Assembly (NCBI GenBank): GCA_951406725.2
Contig: OX597832.1
Location: forward strand, 35,836,001 to 35,900,000
DNA: 64,000 nt
DNA from: Octopus vulgaris
Lineage: Eukaryota
Reading direction: 5' to 3'
Shown: positions 25,065-38,556 of the stretch, one piece after another
How the letters are laid out: each line of letters starts with the position of its first letter
How positions within the stretch are numbered: position 1 is the first letter of the stretch
Made by a program: the position numbers and the translations under genes
The notes under the pieces: model-generated
What the model was told of the DNA's origin: nothing
The model's database searches: none
The model's input: the letters and a program-made list of their open reading frames with translations, nothing else

Positions 25065-25450
25065 CAAGAAGAAAATGGAGGAAAAATAACAGGAAGAAGT
25101 TGATCGTTTGCACCAGTAAGCCATTAATTTAATTAATTAATAAATAAAAGTGGTAGTAATTAATTGAATTAATGGCTTACTAGCGCAAACGACCAAATTC
25201 TTCCTGTTATTCTTCCTTCATTTTCTTCTTGCATATAATTTAAACTACAGTTTACCCATTGAATTACCTGCTACCGTATACCTTTTACCAAGCACTGTAC
25301 CTACGCAGGTAATCACCAGGAGCGCCTTTGGATTTAACCATCCCTTAGAGGTTTTAAACACCTCCTGAGAGGACGGGGCTGGCTTGACCAAAATATAGGT
25401 AACATCAACCTCTGTGGAATTTGAATTCAAAATGTAAATGTTTAAATATA
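25065..25450. mobile_element. Fold-back element (probably Penelope-like) with 75-bp inverted arms 25065-25139 and 25157-25231
   Basis: Arms are reverse complements with few mismatches; 17-nt spacer; abuts (TA)n. Confidence 0.65.
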
Positions 25451-26074
25451 AATATTCCAAGATTCTGCTAATCTATTTATCATCATAATTTTCATCATCT
25501 TCATCATTTATCATCCATTTTAGCTTTGGTAAATGTTAAATATTTAGTCTGTAAGTTTTGAAGAACTGTATTCCAGTGACAGATACACAGCAACAGTAAT
25601 CTATATTTATTATATGTAGGAGATAATTAAACCATATAATTTAATATCACAAAATTTCATTAAGTTAATGAAGTTAATATTTTCTTAGATAAGTTTTCAA
25701 AATGAAAATTGAATTACTTGATTTTGTAGAGATTCTTAAAATTCATCAAAAATAATAAAGGCTATAAAAGTTATAATTTTGGTGAAAGGAATTTTGTCAG
25801 CCATTAAAGCTGGCAATTTTTAATGTTTGTCTTCTGTGAATGGTTTAGACTTGAACAGTTTGCTTTGGGGGTTTCTTTAAATCCTTCTTTATTCTCAGAT
25901 ATTGTAGTGGTAACAAGAACAATGACGTTGATGATGAAGAAGAGGAGGAGGGAGAAGGGAAAGAAGGGGATGTCAAAAATAATTGTAGACACTAATTATG
26001 TTAAATGATAATTGTGACTCTCTTGAAAATGAAGTAAGTAAAGGAGTTGAAACCAATTAGGAATACTAAGCCAG

Positions 26075-26090
26075 AGCTGCTGCTGCTGCC

Positions 26091-26121
<31 letters not shown>

Positions 26122-26248
26122 CTTTTCCTCCTCCTCCTTCTCCTCCTCCTCCTCCTCCTCCTCCTCCTCCTCCTTCTTCTTCTTCTTCTTCTTCTTCTTC
26201 TTCTCCTCCTCCTCCTTCCTTCTTCTTCACCACCACCACCATCCTCAT
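26075..26248. repeat. (CTG)/(CTT)/(CCT) microsatellite
   Basis: Direct inspection. Confidence 0.95.
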
Positions 26249-26443
26249 CAGTTGACCCAACTGAGGGACCAATTATCCAAATTGACGGTACCCTGGTAGA
26301 TAAAACAATTAGGGATATGAAGACAGGCAAAGCTCTTGTCCCATCAGAAATCACCAATGAGATGCTTAAAATATCTGGCAGTGTGGGTTATAGTCTAGTC
26401 ACCCGTATTGTAAATCAGGTGGTTCATGAAGGAGTCATACCCT
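26249..26443 (+). mobile_element. RTE LINE fragment from the pre-RT region
   Basis: VDPTEGPIIQIDGTLVDKTIRDMKTGKALVPSEITNEMLK...LVTRIVNQVVHEGVIP, matching the MK.GKA.GP.GI..EMLK motif. Confidence 0.8.
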
Positions 26444-26761
26444 GGACACACACACACACACACACATGTAATAATAGGAATAAATATTTTGAAAATGTAA
26501 TAAGGATATTTCTCTGTGTAAAGTTTAACAAAATGAGCAACGAAGAAGACTTCATTCAGTTTCAGAGTGACATTAGAATATGATAAAATGTTTTAATTGC
26601 AATGAAACTAGAAAAATAAAGCATGGTGTGCATGTGTGTGTGTGTATGTGCATGTGTGTGTGTGTATGTGCATGTGTGTGTAAAAATATATATGTATATT
26701 ATATATACATATAATGTCTGACATGAACATTGCACATGTTCACATATATATTTATATAAAT

Positions 26762-26824
<63 letters not shown>

Positions 26825-27860
26825 TAATATATACAATGAGTTGTGAATACACAAACACATGCATTTGTACATACCTGCATACATACACAACACTAACACA
26901 TACATACTCGTGTATATACATCGCGACAGGGGCATTTTATGTGTATATATAAATAGTTATATACAATTCTACTAAATATGAGCTGTAGTTGATGTTATGA
27001 TAGACCTGCAGTCTTCCAGTCTAGCTGTAATGTTATTTTGTTCGAAGCTAAATACTTATAAAACTAAAAATCAGTTGAAATACAGAAAGAAATACAGAAT
27101 CCAAGAACGGTTGCTAAGACACTGGCACTGTCTTCTGACCATTTTATACAGCTAGAGACATAGCTGCAGTCTAAATGGAAGCATACATTTATGCCTAAAT
27201 TATTTGACTTTTTTCAGATATTTCTTTACTTTCAAATATCTTTTCTCTCAAATAACCCCAGGAAAATATTAAAATTGCTAAATGAAATAAACAAAAGCAA
27301 AAAGAAAAAAAAGAAAAAAGCAAGAAAATGGGATGGAGAGCTAAAACAACTAACAACTTTTTATTTATACTGCAATACATAAAATATTTTTACTTGGAAG
27401 ATTGATTGTACAGATTACAGATAAATGCTCTGATTATAATTAACCATTCTACTACTGGAAAATAGAACTGGAAATTGTTATGACAGGTAAACTGATGCAA
27501 CTTTGTCCAGGACTGAATCTAATATTCAAGTCTTATGAACAACGTCAGTCTAATTCAGAGTGTATAAATATCATCCTCATTATCATCATCATCGTCATCA
27601 CCATAATCCTCACCATCATTGTCATCATCATCATCCTCATGAGTTTGCTTTCGATGGCAGCATGGGATAAATGGACAATCGCAATCTGAGTCTTATTCAG
27701 AATTGCACTCCTCTCAGAACAGAGAGAGGAATTATGCCCCACCTGGACACTTTATCTTTCATTTAGTTTATTTAGTTGGATGTCCTTCCAGTCACAAATG
27801 GTTTTATAGAACATCTTGGAGCAGTGTCCAATTGTGACTCTCTCACTCTCCCTTTCTCCC

Positions 27861-27899
<39 letters not shown>

Positions 27900-28384
27900 A
27901 CATTCACACAGATACATATTTGCATTTTCTTACACAAATTGTACACTCACACAAATCCAGAGAGTTTATAAATCTTTATTTTCAACAAATTCTGCCAGAC
28001 TTTTGATCAATGCCATTTCAAAGGAAAGACTATAAAAATTAATCTAATTGCTTTTTCAGCGAGATGGAAGATTTAAATTCCCCGTGTTGCTTTAAAGAAT
28101 GAAATAAGCCAAGAATTGTCTGAATGAAATCGAATGGATGTGGTGGTAACCAAATTCTGCAAGACACATTTCTGACAATTGCTTGTACAGAGGAGCAAGA
28201 ATTGTAATTAAACTATTCTGAGACTATTTTCCTCTATTTTTTGTTCAAAGAATATATTTTTACAGAGCAATAATAATAGAATCTTAAGATAATGGTAAAA
28301 AATATTATTAAATGTTACTGTTGCTGTGTTTGTGTATTTGTTTGTTTGTCTGCTGAAATGGTTTTCTGTCTCTATGCCTTATTT

Positions 28385-28416
<32 letters not shown>

Positions 28417-29408
28417 TCTCTCTCCATCCATTCCTCTCTGGCTCTCTTTTATTCAGCTATTCTTTCTCTCTTACTCTATTTCTATCCTATCAATTTGCTG
28501 TCTCTCTCATTTGCTCTCTAAACCCTCCTCCCTTTCCCTCCCTCTCTCTCTGTGATTCTTGTCTCTTACTCAATCATTGTCTCTACCCCCCCCTCTTACA
28601 CTCTGTATGTCTACCAAACTTTCTTTTTCTCTAACTCTCTTACTTAGCCATAATTTCTCTCTCACTCACTCACTCTCTCTCTCTCCCCCTCTTTCTCACT
28701 CTCTCACTTCGTCTAAACTTTCTGAAACTGGTTTAATTGTTTTCCTTTTCTCTCTCTCTCTCTCTCTCCCACTTTCTCTTCTTCCGTCTTTTCTTACTTT
28801 CTTCCCAGCTGTGTAATTTTTCCTCTCTTTTCTTCATTATCTAATTATTCATTTCTCTATCTCATAATACAATGACCACTTCTCTACAAATCCTTCTTTC
28901 TCTCATTTCTTTCATTTCACTCTACCACTTTACCTCCAACATTCCTAATCAATTCCTGCATTCTCAACACAGAAATGTTGCAGAATCTTCCAGATTGAGA
29001 CCTTGTTCCTCAAACTGTAAGGATGAAGACCTTGATATCACTCATAAACATATCACATTGGCAAAATAGGGCTGACAAACTCTGATTTTATTACTCTAAC
29101 TATAGCTTTGGGATTTACTAACCCTCTCTTCTGCTCAGTTCATCAATCTCTGGTTGGCTCAGATACAATGGCACTTCTCTTTATGAGATCTACCAAGTAA
29201 TACTCAGCTGCAAGACTTTTCCATGACTCTGCATTAATGCTGAAGATTTTTGGGGTGGCCTTGAAAGCATCCTTGTTGCATCTGCACTGTCTACTGACCA
29301 CCCGCTAACATGTTACAAAAGATCTTTGTCATCTATTCTAACAATATGACCAGTCAGAAATGTTGTCCATGAAGACATCAGATATAAGTCTTATGTGATG
29401 AGGAAGGG

Positions 29409-29468
<60 letters not shown>

Positions 29469-29520
29469 TCACACACATACTGGATTCTGTATATCTCACT
29501 TAACATGAATATACATATAA

Positions 29521-29688
29521 GCACAGGAGTGGCTGTGTGGTAAGTAGTTTGCTTACCAACCACATGCTTCTGGGTTCAGTCCCACTGTGTGGCACCTTGG
29601 GCAAGTGCCCTCTATTATAGCCTTAGGCTGACCAAAGCCTTGTGAGTGGATTTGGTAGATGAAAACTGAAAGAATACTGTTGTATATA

Positions 29689-29724
<36 letters not shown>

Positions 29725-29959
29725 TGTATGTATGTATGTATGTATGTATGTATGTATGTATGTATGTTTGTGTGTCTGTGTTTGTCCCTTGAAAAACTGA
29801 TGTTGGTGTGTTTATGTACCCATAATTTACTGGTTCAGCAAAAGAGATTGATAGAATAAGTACTAGGCTTACAAAGAATAAGTCCTGGGGTCGATGTGTT
29901 CGACTAAAGGCGGTGCTCCAGCATGGTCACAGTCAAGTGACTGAAACTAATAAAAGAAT
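29521..29959 (+). mobile_element. Near full-length tRNA-derived SINE with internal (TATG)n
   Basis: Head gcacaggagtggctgtgtggtaag...gggttcagtccca; tail cggtgctccagcatggtcacagtc...aaaagaata. Confidence 0.85.
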
Positions 29960-30042
29960 ATAGAAAGCCACAAAATGGCAGCATTTGTATTGAGGAAGTT
30001 TCATATATAGATGTATAGTGCTAAAAAGCACAAAAATATACC

Positions 30043-30280
30043 CAGGGCTAGATTAAGACCCATAAAGGCCCTAAGCAGTTAAAAGGTTTTGGTGCACCCA
30101 TATATATGTAATTCAAAATATAAACAATAATAAACGTTAAAATATATTTTTAGTTTTCAAAATGAAACAAAATAAAAAGCAAGATGGAAAATAATGTTTA
30201 TTTTTGTATACTTTCACTTTATTTATATTTGAAAAGTTTACTCGTATTTTTTTTTCCAATTGAAAAGACTTTTGTCTGCT
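30043..30280 (+). mobile_element. Possible hAT-like terminus, truncated
   Basis: cagggctagattaagacc...aggccctaagca resembles hAT TIR and subterminal sequence; no partner end found. Confidence 0.35.
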
Positions 30281-30461
30281 CCTCAAAATTAATCTTATGT
30301 AACACATCTGATTCTAAACTTAGAAAAGATAAGGCATCCTGAATATTATTTTAGCAAATTTCAAGTGATTTCTTTGGTCCTGGAGACCATTTACTGTTTC
30401 TGTGATGCCCCACTTTCCTTGAAGCACTAAGCATGGGCTTATTTTGCTAAATCGTAAATCC

Positions 30462-30682
30462 AGTACTGAGTGTATCAGTTGTAGATTAGAAACATCCAGC
30501 AGAATGGTGGAATTGCTCAATCACAATTTCTGTCTTCGCATAAGACCAGCAGCAGGCATTTACATGTGCCTTGATTGTGGACACTTGTTTCTGATTATGT
30601 GCAAAGACACAGAAATCTTGATATTGCAATTCCACCATTGCCGCTGGATAGTTTCCATCTGCTGCTTGATATGTCTGTGCTT
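30462..30682. repeat. Imperfect inverted repeat (hairpin, about 90-bp arms)
   Basis: tccagcagaatggtggaattgc pairs with gcaattccaccattgccgctgga, and pairing extends in both directions. Confidence 0.8.
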
Positions 30683-33467
30683 TTTAACACTATACATCTA
30701 TACAAGAAACTGTCTCAAGTACAATAAAGAGAATTCTATCATATTACACCCTACTGTCCTAAAGAAGGATTGAAAAGTCTGATAAATGGTTGGATGGTCA
30801 TATCTAGAGTATGTTTTGACAGATCTGCTTGGTCTGGGTTAACTTGGGATTAAACCACAACAAGACAGTAAGATCTATTCAGTAAGCCAGCAGGGGCTGC
30901 TAAAACAATAGGGTGCTGAATTAGAGCTTCTGCTATAATAGAATATGAGGATTAAATTTGAGAATCAAATAATGTAAGTACCAGTAATATACTGAGGTTC
31001 ATTTCTTTATTTTCCTTATCAACAAATATTTGGTCTTTGTGCTTAGTAAGAAAACAAAATAGTTAAATCAATATTTCAAAGATGAAAATAATCCATTCTG
31101 GATGCTGATAACTGATATTAGAGACATGCTATGTCTTGAGGCATTTCTGAAACCGAAGAAGATTCTTGCAAGAATCTTCAGATAAAGAGGGAAAAAATAG
31201 GAAAGAAACAGAAATTCTATTTTCAGCAGCTTCTACAATATAACAGCCAGAGTGAATATTAAAAGCTTTGATGATGTGAAATATTTATGTAGAGGTTTGT
31301 TTGTTTCTTTCAGTTAATCACTCTTACTATAACGATGAATAATGCAAAAAGATTTTATTAAAATTGTCTATAACCAGATGTTGACAAGGTGACAAACAGT
31401 TCACCACTCTGCCAGCTCCAATAGACACTTCTAGAAATATGGAACCTGCAATTATTCCTTCACTTATCACTCTGCAGCCCTCTTAGCTTTAAACTTCAGC
31501 TATTTTGTACAGCATTGTGTGAGAGTGAATTCCTCGTTTTCACTGACTTTATGTTCCATTTATCACATGATTACAATACACCATTCCCCTTCAGGTTAAT
31601 GGCATTTCATTCACTTCCTTATATTTCTATCATGCAATTTCTTACTCCATTCATCATTCTTATATCTCTTCCAAGCTATTGGATTCTTCTCTGTTGCTAT
31701 AGTAACTCATACCTGGTTCCTGTAACATTGAGGTTTAGTGATGAGCTGTATATAATCAAGAGCCATTTGATTTTATTTGAAAATATCCTGAATTTCCGAT
31801 GTTCCTTAACTTCAGCAACAGCTGCCATCATTTCAGTATTACTCATACATTAGGAATTCATTTGTGCATTAAAAATTCATGTGTTTTGGGTTCAAATCTA
31901 CTGAAAATATTTCACTACCTCTGAGGCAGCACACTTACCACAGGAATCTCGATTGTGGGGAACCAGAAATACACTTCCAGATAAAATTTTATCATCTCTA
32001 AGCTACATTCATCTCACAACCATTTCATACTGTAGCCTCTGCAATCAAGTATTGTATTTTAAATTAGATTCTGGGTTTCTGAACCATTTATGGCTGTTCA
32101 GAGAGTTATATTCTCAAAAAAGCTCAAAAGAAAACTAAAAACCATACCATAGATTTGCTATTAAGCTCAATAAAGCTCAACCTGGAGGGAGAAAAAAAGT
32201 GTGCTACCAATGTAGGGGCAGAGAGGTGACTGTGCCATTCACAAAGACATAAACAAATTGAAGTGGAACCTGGCTGGTCACATGGGTCAAATAACAGATA
32301 ACAGATTTTAAGGTTGACCAACTGGACTTCTAGGAACGGGAAACAAAGCTATGGTCATCAATGGACCTAACTGACATCTTGACAAATTCAGACCATGGTT
32401 GTAGAGAAAAGCACAAGATCAATGCAAGTGGTAAGTGCTGGTAAAGGCATTTGTTTATTGAAGAGCAGGAAGATAATATTATTTCAAAGAATGGTTGATG
32501 CAATCATCTAATGGTTGTAGAGACATCTTTTATATTTGAGTGAGTCACAAGGGGTGACTAACTATTGCACTAATGTTGTTAGGTCACTTTGACTCCATTC
32601 TATTCACATCAGCATTTCCAGCATGATGAAGCTTCTACATAATGCTAGAAATAGCAGCTAAGTATCTCTCTGGTTTCTCTATTCTAGAAGATAAAGAAGG
32701 ACATATTGGATAATATAGTCCTGGATACATATATATAACAAAACAAACTATCTAGATGATCAATGCTGGAAAGTCTTTGATCACAGAACAATCAGCAGTG
32801 ACCCAGAGCTAAACAATAATTACCATTTTCAATCAAGTAAGTAGCATTGGAATCTAAAACCTGTAGAATGAATTTCAAGGGAATAACTTTTCTGACACCA
32901 ACCTGCCTGAGACTTCTCTTTTAAAGGATCTAACTCAAGACCTTCATTCAAAAGTTCTTATTAATTAATGCTCCATGTTTCATCTTAATTGACCAAGTTA
33001 TTTTGTTGAATTCTGCATTATTTTAAAAGTTACTTGAAGCAAAGGTAATATATTTCACTAGAAATATGGGAACAAAAGGGTTTTAAGTAAAACAAATGAC
33101 AGATGATACATTCAGTTATTGACAAGACAACTTATTCATTTAAATCTGTAAATAATTTTATTGAGATAAAATCTGAGAAAATATTGAGATTATTGAAATA
33201 TCATAATTGGAAAGAAATGTAAATTTGATGGAACATGCTTCCCAGGGTGCTGCTCTGAAGTAACCTGTGTTTAACAACTGAGAATTGTTTAATAATTATG
33301 GAATGGAGAAATATTGTCATTGACAAATTATCTGTGGCAATTCACGCAGACATCACTTCTGAGAAAGCAATTATCTATTGCAAGGCATTCATTTCATGTA
33401 TGTGTCTAAGCACATATATTATGCATGTATGAATGAGCTGTGTGTTTTGTGTGTCTGTGATTCCTGT

Positions 33468-33474
33468 CTATCTG

Positions 33475-33509
<35 letters not shown>

Positions 33510-33530
33510 GTCTATCTATCTATCTATCTG

Positions 33531-33561
<31 letters not shown>

Positions 33562-33562
33562 G

Positions 33563-33635
<73 letters not shown>

Positions 33636-33689
33636 ATAACATACACACGTGTGTGTGTAAGAGAGAGAGAAAGAGCAGGAGAGAGAGAA

Positions 33690-33725
<36 letters not shown>
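33468..33725. repeat. (TATC)n and (GA)n microsatellites
   Basis: Direct inspection. Confidence 0.95.
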
Positions 33726-33728
<3 letters not shown>

Positions 33729-33896
33729 CGCTGGTCTCAAAAGAACATTGTTCTCAGGATGATGGACCTCACAAAAGATGTGACAAAAAAAAACAAAAAA
33801 AAGCTAAGAGAATTGGCTGTTTTGCTGTATGGGAGAACTGTCCAAGATATAAATGATGATGATGAAGAGTTAGAAGATGCAGAGAAGCTGGAAGAT

Positions 33897-33990
33897 GTGT
33901 GTGTATGCGTGTGTCTGTGTGTGTATGCGTGTGTCTGTGTGTGTATGCGTGTGTCTGTGTGTGTATGCGTGTGTCTGTGTGTGTATGCGT
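33897..33990. repeat. 20-bp tandem repeat gtgtatgcgtgtgtctgtgt, about 4.5 copies
   Basis: Direct inspection. Confidence 0.9.
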
Positions 33991-34883
33991 ATGCATGTAT
34001 TTAGCTGACCCAATTGTTTCTTAGCAAAGCAGGCATAAATAGTGACAAAAACTAATAATGGAGAACAATAAGGAGGTGTGAAACAGTTTAGAAATTCACG
34101 GAGCTCAGACTAAATCTTTTGTTATTCAAAGGAGTCACATTAACCAATCAGTCCAAACTGCACACTTTCGCACTCCAGGCTAAAGTTAACGTACGTGATT
34201 AATTTTCCAATCCATTCTCTACACAGAATGTATTTCATGCGAGAGCAAAGTTGAGAAGAAATTTCTAACGAGGTTACATTTTGTTCTATGCTTAGTTTTA
34301 ACACAGATTCATATTAATGATGTCACTAGAAAACATCATAAACACTGTGATATTTATGCAGTGGCCCCTAACACAATAACACTACAGTGGCACGGCCCCT
34401 ATGACAGTATCAACCATGCATATCACCACCACCAGCATGAGTAATACTCCAATAACCATGACAACTGTCAACATCACTAACAACCAGCAACAATAACAAC
34501 ATCACTACCTCCACCACCACCACCACTCTCTCCACCACGTAATTTTTCCATATATCTTCAAGATGTCCATGAAGACTTTGACTGCAACAGAATATCAAGT
34601 AAAACTTGTTATTCCATTAATTTTGTGTTTAGCTGAGGTTGTGTGTGTTTACATGCACACACACACACATACACATAGACACACACACATGCAGACACAC
34701 AGACACACACAAATATACACATTCACGTACACACATATATCAGTTTAATTCATGTCAGCATAGAAAGCAAACATGAAATAAAGATTATGATATTTGTATG
34801 TGTGTGAGCTTGTGTGTGTGTATGGATATATATATATATATATATTCTTTTATATGTTTCAGCCTTGAGGCTGCAGGCATATA

Positions 34884-34931
<48 letters not shown>

Positions 34932-36493
34932 CAAAGTGTACGTATACCATTATATGTTTTATATATAAAAAAAATACAAAATGGGACAAGAAAGCAAAAC
35001 ATCCAGACATTTAGGTGATGTAAAAAAAGATAACAACAAAACATCCAGATAGACGATACAAAGAAAACAAGGACGGGTCACTCGGAATTTTATTTCTTCA
35101 GTCAAGTTCCAAATTATCTTTGCTATTTCAGCTGGTTATACTCGTGATTGCTCCAATCTGGCCAGCCCCAAGGGAAAACTAAGCAAAGAACATTAGATTC
35201 CTTGGAAGAAAGCAGCGAATGTATACGAAAACAAGGACAGAAAAAAACCCCGGAGTATGTATATATACATACACACACACATATATATTGTTGATGGCAT
35301 GAGAATTTATAAACTTTCAGAAAACATGAAATAAAGAATGGCTTAAGTGGAAACAGATAAAGCTATACAGGACAAAACACTTCCCTGTTGAGGTGGAGTT
35401 CTTCTCTGAAAACCTGCTTTGAGAGTTTCTTAGCACTGAGATGTAGTATGTAAAGGTTGGGTTAAAAGAAATGTTTTCGGTAAGAAAAGTTGAAGTTTAT
35501 AAATCCTTATAAGTCAACACTTTTAGGATAAAAAAGTCAAAAACTAATTCTTAACAATCCCATGAGTTGTTATATAAATTAGTATTTGTACAAGACTGCA
35601 ATAATATTCATCTCCAAAGAAGTTTACCTTCTGTGGTATTTCATGTCTTCACATAGAAGAATGTACAGTCAATTCAGAGATTGAAAGGAATCAGGTTTAT
35701 AGGAAAATCAGGGTATTTAATTCTTAGCCTTTTCAAACATTGACATAAGTTTGTCCCCTAACTTTGTTAATCCTTGTTTTGAACATTGAATAATATAAAA
35801 CTTTCCTTTCATAAGTGCCAACTTACTCTAGTGGTTGAAAAGAATTGGGAATGTGCATCATACAAGAAGCAAGGACATCAGGGAAATATGTCCTGGGGCA
35901 AGCAAAGGGTTAACTGAGGTTCATTCATGATAACATAGACTATAGTGATGCAGGGTTGTCTATTTTAAATGTTTTATATCAGATTTGGTGGTTGTTGTGT
36001 AATTTCACTTACCTGAGGAACTAAACTCAACTCACATCTGTTCCATTTCTGTAAGGTGAACAATCATAGCTTGACCAGCATGAAGCCATAAACAACCTGT
36101 ATTCTTATTGTATTCTGGACCACCTTATCTGATAAGAAAAAGGATCAAATTTGAAGATTTGATCATTAATTCCATCAGCAACGACCACATAGAGCTTTCT
36201 TCACTACGAAGCAGATGTTTGTGACTTAAGCAATGTGGTTAAATTTCTGATGAAGTACATACTTCAGCTAGCACACAGTGGTGTAGTTAGAGTCTTTGTT
36301 ATTTTATGACCATCTTTTGGGGGGTTGCATGTCAGAGAATTGTTTGATGTAACTATAAGATCATTTGATGGCGAAGGGGTTTGTGAATGAGTAACATTAT
36401 AATACTTCAAAAGAAATCCAGCTGTACAGAGTTCATTCTTTACCACCGACTATGCACTAAATGCATCATTAAGGTACACATATGTACACACGT

Positions 36494-36537
<44 letters not shown>

Positions 36538-37308
36538 ATTTATACCCTACGGTGTCTCTTAACTTTCTTAGAATGTGAGTTGACTGATTGCCCACTGTGT
36601 CTTCAGTGAAGGAACTACATTGAACCAAAAGCAATTTGCAAGGTCTTTCAAAGGAATGAATACTTACAGGTTTTCTAAAACCATAAGCGAATTAATCACA
36701 CAGATTGATTTTCTTGGCAATTGTACAGCTAAAATATCCAAGGATGTCACCATTCCCTAAGATTAATTAAAGACATGAACAATTGTTAAATTTAACAACA
36801 ATTTCTTGAGAACATTTCAAATTATTTTCTTTCCTTTCATTTGAACAAAAGCAGGAATCTTGAATGAATTATAAATGGTGATATGGCTATCATTACTTTA
36901 AGATTAATCTTTTATTCATCATCACATCAATGTCTTCAATTTCATATGGAGAATGGTTATGATTTATTTATATTCTTTATTACTCTCATGATATGTTTCT
37001 ATCAAATGGAACCATGGAAACCACTTTTGAAATAGACAAGACATTTCTATCATAAGGCTTCTTGTGTCTGTTAAATATATTGCTTGAAATTGCTTAAAGA
37101 ATCTAAAAAGAAAAAAAAATCCAATATGCAATTGAATTCTTATTTGGAGAAAAATTTCTTTTCTTAATTACTAATCAAAATATCTATTATATCTGTTTTC
37201 ATTTCTTCTTGTAACTAGAATTGATAATAGTTAACCTTTACTTGCTAACAGAATAAGAATTAGATGCACTTTAGCCTAAAACTATCACTGTTAACTTTAG
37301 TTTAAGTA

Positions 37309-37530
37309 TTATTTGTTACTTTTAACCTTTTTTTACATCTCCTAATATAGTTTTATTTGTTACTTTTAACCTTTTTTTACATCTCCTAATATAGTTTTAT
37401 TTGTTACTTTTAACCTTTTTTTACATCTCCTAATATAGTTTTATTTGTTACTTTTAACCTTTTTTTACATCTCCTAATATAGTTTTATTTGTTACTTTTA
37501 ACCTTTTTTTACATCTCCTAATATGGTTTT
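37309..37530. repeat. Near-perfect 44-bp minisatellite, 5 copies
   Basis: ttatttgttacttttaacctttttttacatctcctaatatagtt starts at 37309, 37353, 37397, 37441 and 37485. Confidence 0.95.
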
Positions 37531-37954
37531 AGTTTTAGTGTTAACTTTCAGTCATATGTCATTTAGAACTTTAACTTAAAACCATTGGATGTCAGTCTTG
37601 AGAGATGTTCAAACTGATTGAATGTTAACCTATTGATTGCTGGGTGAACAGGTCATATTTCCTATCAATATCCACCATCAGTATACATACCCTTCATAGA
37701 TTTAACTCATCTAATTTGAAAGGGGTATCATGAGTTGTCAGAACTTTTGAATACAGACATGACAGTGTTAAGAAATTTGCTTTGTAAGTACATAGTCCCA
37801 AGTTCAATCCCACTACATAGCATTTCAAATGAGCATCTTTTTTCATAACCTTGGTTTGATCAATATTTGATCATAAGTAAAATTTAGTGACTGAAAACTA
37901 TGGCTGTCTATCATATAATAAATCAGTCATAACTAAGTCAGATCCATACCATAA

Positions 37955-38088
37955 TTAAACTTTGCCTTTCATCCTTTCGGGGTCGATAAATTAAGTACCC
38001 GTTATGCACTGGGGTCGATGTAATCGACTCAATCCCTTTGTCTGTCTCCTCTATGTTTAACCCCTTGTGGGCAATAAAGAAATAAGAA
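37955..38088 (+). mobile_element. SINE 3' part with Meta-domain-like core
   Basis: ctttgcctttcatcctttcggggtcgataaattaagtacc...ggggtcgatgtaatcgact. Confidence 0.75.
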
Positions 38089-38319
38089 TAACTGTGAAGA
38101 CGATGATGATATTCCTATCGCAGACTGATCTCATCATCTTTACAATCCAATGAATGAATCTTAACCAATGTGAAGAATCTTTTGGGACATTTTCATCAGC
38201 TCAGTTATCAAACATATTCCTTACCATTCTTGTGATTCCTAGTAATTCAGTTCTGATTTTGAATTTCAGTTTGCATCTTCTCCAGCCATAATTTCATTTT
38301 CGTTGTCATTCTACTGTAA

Positions 38320-38556
38320 GTATCCACTTCCACTGCTACAATCTCAGCATTTTTCACACTCCACAACTCTTACATCTTTTCTTTTCACACCTTGGTGTTT
38401 CTCAGTTTTACCTTTGTTTCTATCATTCACTTGTCTTTTATCACCTGGGCATTCTATAGCGATTATTGTCCAGTGTCTTTGCTTTTTATTGGTAATAATG
38501 TCTGATGTCCTCCTTCCCTCAATCCTGGATTAGACTGTATGTTGTAATTCCACAGC
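38320..38556 (-). mobile_element. Degenerate restriction-like endonuclease (RLE) domain of an R4/NeSL-type LINE
   Basis: Minus strand reads LWNYNIQS..RRTSDIITNKKQRHWTIIAIECPGDK...KTEKHQ...LWSVKNAEIVAV, resembling LWD..IQTD...RPDI...IIDIA.P.D...KI.KY..L...LW...IVPV. Confidence 0.6.

Noticed and set aside
33378-34004. Longest ORF (208 aa)
   Set aside because: Built from (TATC)n, (GA)n and (GT)n repeats.
34960-35260. Possible Penelope pLTR or hammerhead relic between TA repeats (ggctgg...ccagct-gaaa on the minus strand)
   Set aside because: No CUGANGA-compatible core next to the stem; cannot be classified from this copy alone.
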